Below are positions 56,686 through 64,000 of a stretch of DNA of 64,000 nucleotides, piece by piece (position 1 is the first letter of the stretch; every line of letters starts with the position of its first letter). The stretch is from Eledone cirrhosa. Taxonomy: Eukaryota. The notes under the pieces are model-generated. The model ran no database searches, was not told where the DNA came from, and was given only the letters and a program-made list of their open reading frames with translations. The stretch covers positions 338,892,001 to 338,956,000 of the forward strand of contig OZ024740.1 in NCBI GenBank assembly GCA_964016885.1, read 5' to 3'. The translations under genes were made by a program, and so were the position numbers.

Positions 56686-57230
56686 GGAATAGAATGAAAC
56701 GAAATTTCATTTCTCACTCTTAGTACGGCACTTACTTAAATGTAAGTATGTATGTATGTATGTATGTATACGTACATTCATATATGTATACAGATGTACA
56801 GTAGTATGTATATATATACATACATGCACACATATATATATGCACGTATCGGTTTACGGAACATTTATTATAATGCTCGGTTTGTTTGTTTGTAAACAAA
56901 CAGCCGTTAATATGCATAAGGAAAGTATATACTTTCAGACGTTCAACCATCTGGCAGGAAGGTATACGATGCTGACGACAGCTAATAAAGCTTGAAACTA
57001 GTACATCGTTCCTGTGTCAGTGTTGAACAAAAAGGTGACGTGGTTGCCTAAACACTGTACGGCGTAATTCGGGCTGTTTGCTTGTTTACAAACAAACAAA
57101 CCGAGCATTATAATAAATGTTCGGTAAACCGATACGTGCATATGTATATGTTTGCATGTATGTATATATATACATACTACTGTACGTCTGTATACATATA
57201 TGTATGTACGTATACATACATACATACTTA
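56686..57230 (+). mobile_element. Second, diverged locus of the ~432-nt HHR unit, with inverted arm
   Basis: 56901-57230 aligns to 24499-24810. 56686-56905 is antisense and extends into the segment seen at 24385-24435. Confidence 0.8.
56966..57009 (+). ncRNA. Type I hammerhead
   Basis: ACGATG-CTGACGA-c-AGCT aataa AGCT-t-GAAA-CTAG-TA-CATCGT. Confidence 0.8.
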
Positions 57231-57368
57231 TATATGTATATATATATATATATATATATGTATATACATATATTTATATATATATATACATATATTTATA
57301 TATATATATATATATTGGTAAACGGAAAAGAAAATGCTGACAAATTGTTCACAGTGAAAAATAGTTTA

Positions 57369-57424
<56 letters not shown>

Positions 57425-58049
57425 AAAAAGGGATGAAATCGAAAATGCAACTGAAGTCTTATTTTTTTTTTTTTAAATATATATATTTATTTGGTTCCTT
57501 TACCGGTTTAGCAGTTCTTCTGCTTTTCAAAAGGTGAGTTGAGATGGAGGGTCTGTGGTTTTTCTCACATCTGGTTGGTCTGTAAATGTTACTTGTTTTA
57601 TATGGAAAAAGTGGCTCGAAAACCAGGTTTTTCGAGAAGTAATTTGATTGGTTTGTCAATAATTATAATAAATTTCGCGCCAGTTCGCGTTACAATAGTT
57701 CTTCAAATAAGAGAGGGGGGGGGGGGTTGTCACAGGTTGTTTTTTCATATATGAGTGTTTGAATTTCTTTTTACTTGAAAAAATGAGGCTCACGAAGGCT
57801 TTTTTTTGGTTGGTTATAAATGAAATTTGGCTGTCATGTGAACAAGTTTTCATTACATTTTTGCGCCCTTATTTAGAAAACTATTCTGTAGTCTTTATAG
57901 TGAATGTTATGACAATGGAGAGATAGTGGTCAAGGGAAAAGGGATTGGGAGAAATGTTCTGGTTCAGTGAATATGGCCAGCTGTCAGAGTTCAGGTGTCA
58001 GAGTTCAGATTTTCTATTGAGACTGAAGATATGTGTTTATTTGTGTGCT

Positions 58050-58082
<33 letters not shown>

Positions 58083-58744
58083 ATGTGTGTATTGGAAGAT
58101 GATTCTATTAGTAGAGATGGGGGAGGGAGTTGTGTGTTATGTGTGTGTGTGCGAGTATGTTAGATAGAGAGAATATATATTTTGTGTGTGTGTATATATA
58201 TATGTGTGTAGGAAAGTGGTTCTATTAGTAGAAATGGGGAGGGTGTTGTAGGTGTGGGGGTTGTTATGTGTGTGTATGGGTGTTATGTGTGTGGGAGTAT
58301 GGTTAGCATGTTAAGATGAAGAGAATATATATATATATATATATATTGTGTGTGTGTGTATGTGTGTGTGTAGGAAAATGATTCCTTTAGTAGGAATATT
58401 TTTGAATGAACATATTTTCCTGACTTTTTCGTGTTTGCTATTGTATTGCCAGTGCAAACGTATGTTTAAGGTTTATTTAGTTCGGGTTTTTATTTTCTAA
58501 AGTAGAAGGTGTTATGTGTGTGTGTGTATGTCATATTGTGGTGTTGACATAATGTATATTAAACCTTATTTAATGTTGGTCTATATTTTTGAATAAACAT
58601 ATTTTCCTTATTTATTCGCATTTGTTCTGTTGTATTGTTAGCGCAAAGGTAAAATGGGAAGACTTGGAATTTGGGTGTCTTATTACTTGCGCAAATGTCT
58701 AGATATGCACTTAGTGGTATCTGTCTCGTGGTTGGATCTCGTAA

Positions 58745-59548
58745 TTGTTTAACCTAGCAAGAAGAATTTGCACAATTGTCTCCAATAATGAAACGCGAAA
58801 TAAAAGACTTCAAGAATTAAAGGAAATTCTACTTGAGAGAGAGTACCCACTATTACTAATAAATAATGGAATAGAAAGGGCTAAAGCAATAGGCATTGAT
58901 GAATTACGGAAACAGAAACAAATTCAAGGTACGTCCAATATTCTATCATATATCTCAACACACAACCCAAGAAATGCGGAAGCTTACAACACTATTCACA
59001 ATAACATCCCACTACTAAAACAAAACCCAAGAATGAAAAAAGCCCTTGAAACACACAAAATAATCAAAAGCAAAAGACAACCAAAATCACTGAAAACATT
59101 ACTCACCAATGCCAAATTACCTACCACAAACCCACAACCAAGTATCAAAAAATGTGGTCGCTCTAATTGTGGAACCTGCACTCACCTCATTGAAGGCAAC
59201 ACGTATACATTTAAATCAGGATAAAATTTTACTGTAAAAAATCACTTCACTTGCTCATCAAAAAATCTAATTTATGCCATTAAATGTAAAGGATGCAATG
59301 AAGATTATATAGGACAAACTAAACTCACACTCAGAAACAGAATGACAGTTCATCGCCAACAATTACGAGATCCAACCACGAGACAGATACCACTAAGTGC
59401 ATATCTAGACATTTGCGCAAGTAATAAGACACCCAAATTCCAAGTCTTCCCATTTTACCTTTGCGCTAACAATACAACAGAACAAATGCGAATAAATAAG
59501 GAAAATATGTTTATTCAAAAATATAGACCAACATTAAATAAGGTTTAA
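58745..59548 (+). pseudogene. PLE thumb + Cys-rich linker + GIY-YIG endonuclease (Neptune/Nematis-type), one TAA stop at 59222
   Basis: LARRICTIVS..REYP..KRQPKSLK..KCGRSNCGTC..TCSSKNLIYAIKCKGCNEDYIGQTKLTLRNRMTVHR..ENMFIQKYRPTLN. Confidence 0.88.
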
Positions 59549-60020
59549 TATACATTATGTCAACACCACAATATGACATACACACACACATAACACCTTC
59601 TACTTTAGAAAATAAAAACCCGAACTAAATAAACCTTAAACATACGTTTGTACTGGCAATACAATAGCAAACACGAAAAAGTCAGGAAAATATGTTCATT
59701 CAAAAATATTCCTACTAAAGGAATCATTTTCCTACACACACACATACACACACACACAATATATATATATATATATATTCTCTTCATCTTAACATGCTAA
59801 CCATACTCCCACACACATAACACCCATACACACACATAACAACCCCCACACCTACAACACCCTCCCCATTTCTACTAATAGAACCACTTTCCTACACACA
59901 TATATATATACAAACACACAAAATATATATTCTCTCTATCTAACATACTCGCACACACACACATAACACACAACTCCCTCCCCCATCTCTACTAATAGAA
60001 TCATCTTCCAATACACACAT

Positions 60021-60053
<33 letters not shown>

Positions 60054-60568
60054 AGCACACAAATAAACACATATCTTCAGTCTCAATAGAAAATCTGAAC
60101 TCTGACACCTGAACTCTGACAGCTGGCCATATTCACTGAACCAGAACATTTCTCCCAATCCCTTTTCCCTTGACCACTATCTCTCCATTGTCATAACATT
60201 CACTATAAAGACTACAGAATAGTTTTCCAAATAAGGGCGCAAAAATGTAATGAAAACTTGTTCACATGACAGCCAAATTTCATTTATAACCAACCAAAAA
60301 AAAGCCTTCGTGAGCCTCATTTTTTCAAGTAAAAAGAAATTCAAACACTCATATATGAAAAAACAACCTGTGACAACCCCCCCCCCCCTCTCTTATTTGA
60401 AGAACTATTGTAACGCGAACTGGCGCGAAATTTATTATAATTATTGACAAACCAATCAAATTACTTCTCGAAAAACCTGGTTTTCGAGCCACTTTTTCCA
60501 TATAAAACAAGTAACATTTACAGACCAACCAGATGTGAGAAAAACCACAGACCCTCCATCTCAACTCA

Positions 60569-60606
60569 CCTTTTGAAAAGCAGAAGAACTGCGAAACCGG
60601 TAAAGG
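60569..60606 (+). ncRNA. Type I hammerhead with U3-A8 core (inverted copy at 57497-57534 carries G12U)
   Basis: CCTT-TTGAAAA-GCAG aagaa CTGC-GAAA-CCGG-TA-AAGG. Confidence 0.65.
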
Positions 60607-60739
60607 AACCAAATAAATATATATATTTAAAAAAAGAAAAATAAGACTTCAGTTGCATTTTCGATTTCATCCCTTTTTCTTTATACTTCCACTCGTGTAG
60701 GACACCTCGGTTATTTTTCATTTTGTAAAAAACCCTCAC

Positions 60740-60820
<81 letters not shown>

Positions 60821-60823
60821 CGA

Positions 60824-60880
60824 TATTACATATTTCAAGAACACCAAGTTAAATTATGGTGTGCTTTCATCAGATAAAAT
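60824..60880 (-). ncRNA. Type I hammerhead
   Basis: tttTAT-CTGATGA-AAGcACACCA taatttaact TGGTGTtCTT-GAAA-TATG-TA-ATA; the 3' side is cut by (TA)n. Confidence 0.65.
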
Positions 60881-61954
60881 ATAATATATAGCAGTTTTAT
60901 AAATAAATATTGATATACCTTTAAAGAATGCAACCATTACTGTTGGAAGCTCCCGGATAGTGGAGTTATAACTTTAATTATATTATTAGGTAAGTTTGTA
61001 TTGGATATTTTTAAATAAGCCGTTGGCTTACGGAGAAAGAGAAAGAGAGAGAAAGAGCAGAACAACAGAGAGAAAAAGATAGAGAGAGAGAGGAGACAGA
61101 GAAATGAGAGAGAACGAAAACTCTAAGTCATATCTTGTTGAGTTATCTTAACATTTGAGATGAAGTGAATAAATAAAATTAGAAATGTTAATAATCATGA
61201 ATGAAATATACATATATAATATGAGAAATTTAACCATTGTTTAAATATGATTAGATGTTTAGTTAATCAGTTAAATATTGAGATCAATACATTAAAAATT
61301 GGGATCTATATATTAAGAAATCTATATATTATTATTAAGACTATATTGTTAAAGATCTATATATTATATAACACGTATACACACGCAAAAATACATACAT
61401 ATAAATATATATACACACGTATCAAAATATATATACATATCTAACTACGTATATAATATATACATACAAAATATAAAGGATTCTTTAATTTAAGATATAA
61501 AGGAACGATCGACTTTCGTCAAATCGGACCGAGGGAACAATGTTTCCATTGGTCTTTCCAATTGCTAATACTATATAACTCCAGGTAGAAGGAGCAACGT
61601 GAAATAAAGTGTCTTGCTCAAGGACATAACGCATCACCTGGTCCAGGAATCGAACTCACAACCTTACGATTGCGAATCCAATTCTCTAACCACTCAGCCA
61701 CACACCTTCACTTTCAAGATATAGGAGTCTTATAAAATCAGAGAAAGTTATTTCAATGTAATATCTAAGCAGCGTGAAGGAAAATTACGTTATTTAGTTA
61801 TATCAATGTTACAATTGTTAAGATATTAAAAGAAATTTTATGTTATACACACTTTATGTTATTAAACAAATTTTTTTAATATAAGTTTTATAAGATTACC
61901 TGTTATGTATTTATGACTGTTATTATATGTCTATTTGTCACGAATCTTTGGGAT

Positions 61955-62351
61955 AATCCCTATAAATAAGTGCAATCAAATTGTATGGATATACACGTAT
62001 ATATACATACACGATCCCCACATATTCATACATATATGTACCCACACAAATGGGTAGATACGCATCACGTATATATATACATACAGATAATTTTTGGTAT
62101 TTTATGTACTTCAATTATACTATGTACTGTATTTATATATACTTCTCTCTCTATATGTGTGTATATATATGTTTATGTGTGTATTGATATACATGTACAT
62201 ATGTTTTATGCGTGTATGTCTATCTGTATGTATATATATACGTGATGCGTATTTACCTATTTGTGTGGGTACATATATGTATATGTCGGAATTGTGTATG
62301 TATATATACGTGTATATCCATACAATTTGATTGCACTTATTTATAGGGATT
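61955..62351. repeat. Inverted repeat, ~130-bp arms with ~130-bp spacer; 20-bp-arm hairpin adjacent at 62378-62429
   Basis: aatccctataaataagtgcaatcaaattgtatgg.. / ..ccatacaatttgattgcacttatttatagggatt; ttgttctgtcctacgccatc / gatggcgtaggacagaacaa. Confidence 0.85.
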
Positions 62352-62544
62352 CTTTTCTTTGTTTTTGTGCCTCTCCTTTGTTCTGTCCTACGCCATCAGA
62401 CAAAAACAAGATGGCGTAGGACAGAACAACCAACCAACAGGAAATTTATAAATTTAATTTATAATAAATTGGAGTGAAAGCAACTGGTGTGTGTGTTTCA
62501 TATTGGCAACATGACCCTCCCAAAGCATAACAATCTACATATAT

Positions 62545-62575
<31 letters not shown>

Positions 62576-62599
62576 AATGTATATATATATATATATATA

Positions 62600-62630
<31 letters not shown>

Positions 62631-62639
62631 TAATAATAA

Positions 62640-62818
62640 TAATTGTTTCTACTTTAGGCACAAGGCCAGCAATTACCCAGTGCATTACTGGTACTTTATT
62701 TTATCGACACCGTAAGGATGAAAGGCAAAGTCAACCTCGGCGGGATTTGAACTCAGATCCTAAAGGGATGTAACTATGCTGGGAAGCATGGCGTCCGACC
62801 TTCTACTGATACTGCCAA
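62640..62818 (-). mobile_element. tRNA-derived SINE
   Basis: Matches the family consensus. Confidence 0.85.
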
Positions 62819-62829
62819 TGCCCAATAAT

Positions 62830-62995
62830 AGTAATAATAATAAATTTGAAGACTAAAATCCAAAGAGGGCTCGATAACGATAAATATATATCAAATATAT
62901 AAGAACTGTAGAGGAAATATTTATTAAAATAACAGATTAAAGTTTAAGCAAAGAATCGCTGATTTCACTTCTGAAAGGGTGAAAGCAGCGATTCT
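62830..62995 (-). mobile_element. Fold-back stub of the 19687-24045 Naiad (HHR 3' half + tail)
   Basis: 62830-62968 matches 22640-22776; hairpin gaatcgctg.tttcac / gtgaaagcagcgattc. Confidence 0.85.
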
Positions 62996-63524
62996 ATATT
63001 TATACACGCACACATGTTTATACAACCTACCACCTTTCACACCCTTTGAATTCCAGCTTCTACGGCCCACTATCTTTCACACACACACACTCACATACAT
63101 ACACACATACACATATACACACACAGTTACACACACATATATATTTACACACACATATTTTACGGCTTTCACACGCTAGCGCACCCTATTGATTTAACCC
63201 AATTGGTCAGTAGCTTTTGCCACAGCCTATCACGCGCACGCGCATTCTTTCCCTCGTTTGAATTTTCCCCATAACGGCATTCCTATTTTTTAACGACAAT
63301 ACAACTTTCTCCGGCTTAGACTGTTCCCCCCCCCCCTTTGCAACTTTTTCCCCGTTGATGGGCGTGAGCCCGAAATATTGGGATTAAATCTCCACTACGG
63401 TAACCCTTCTACCTTTGTTTTGTTTCCGTTTTTTCGTTTCTCTCAATTTTCACTTTTCTCCTATTTCTCACTCACTTCCTACCTCGAGATTTCCCATCTG
63501 CATTATTGTGGCTTTCTAAACTAC

Positions 63525-63595
<71 letters not shown>

Positions 63596-63599
<4 letters not shown>

Positions 63600-63923
63600 G
63601 AGTTAAACAAGATTCAATGTGTACATCAAAGAATGGGTTTTAGAGTAGATTGGAAGCACTCTACAGTAAAAGATAATTTTCCAGAGTTATTAATATTAAT
63701 ATACAAATATTAATAAAATAGATGTTCTTTTGATCAATTAAATTTTATTATACATATTTCAGAGGTACAACAGTACGTCCTCATCAGACAAAATATAATG
63801 ATACATGACATACCCTGAGATGTTAATTGGTTAAGATTTAATCAAGGTACTGTTGTACCTCTGAAATATGTATAATAAAATTTAATTGATCAAAAGAACA
63901 TCTATTTTATTAATATTTGTATA
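63596..63923 (-). mobile_element. Fold-back module with 77-bp arms (63700-63776 / 63847-63923), tail and HHR
   Basis: Perfect inverted arms; the tail runs to (TA)n at ~63595. Confidence 0.85.
63742..63794 (-). ncRNA. Type I hammerhead
   Basis: ATTTTGT-CTGATGA-GGAcGTAC tgtt GTACcTCT-GAAA-TA tg TA-TA-ATAAAAT. Confidence 0.75.
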
Positions 63924-64000
63924 GAGTCCTATATTTTCGTTGTTCTGATGATACGGCTGGAGTGCCGATCGCTATATTTGATTTGCTAAGCTGGCTAAAC

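Larger units (their letters stand above)
57421..60745 (+). mobile_element. 5'-truncated Neptune-type PLE with 1.3-kb inverted 5' repeat and 3' tail
   Basis: 57421-58749 is the reverse complement of 59358-60682; tail at 60683-60745; (TA)n at both ends. Confidence 0.9.

Noticed and set aside
59222-59224. Recoded stop (selenocysteine) in the PLE ORF
   Set aside because: The stop is TAA, not TGA, and not at a Cys position; probably a CAA>TAA mutation.
63945-63970. CTGATGA followed by a CGGC/GCCG stem at the window edge
   Set aside because: No GAAA or stem III follows.

Overview
AT-rich, microsatellite-dense animal genomic DNA, most likely an octopod cephalopod (inferred from the dominant tRNA-derived SINE). 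No intact host gene is visible. Most long ORFs in the track are (TA)n/(CA)n/(GA)n artefacts. The window is a transposon graveyard: Penelope-like elements (PLEs; one near-full-length Naiad-type RT+GIY-YIG copy with pseudo-LTRs, several truncated Naiads, one Neptune-type), Helitrons, a full-length hAT inserted into a Helitron helicase, many SINEs and LINE 3' stubs. The main hidden signal, parsed by eye, is about 19 type I hammerhead-ribozyme (HHR) motifs from about a dozen sequence families. Most lie in (TA)n-anchored modules with a fold-back (inverted repeat plus 3' tail) architecture. They include an ORF-less ~432-nt retrozyme-like unit (two loci, stem covariation) fused to the Naiad copy, and repeated non-canonical cores (U3-A8, U4A, U4C). 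Decayed FN3-like exon candidates hint at a host pseudogene on the minus strand. All structures were folded manually; no activity or database evidence is available.
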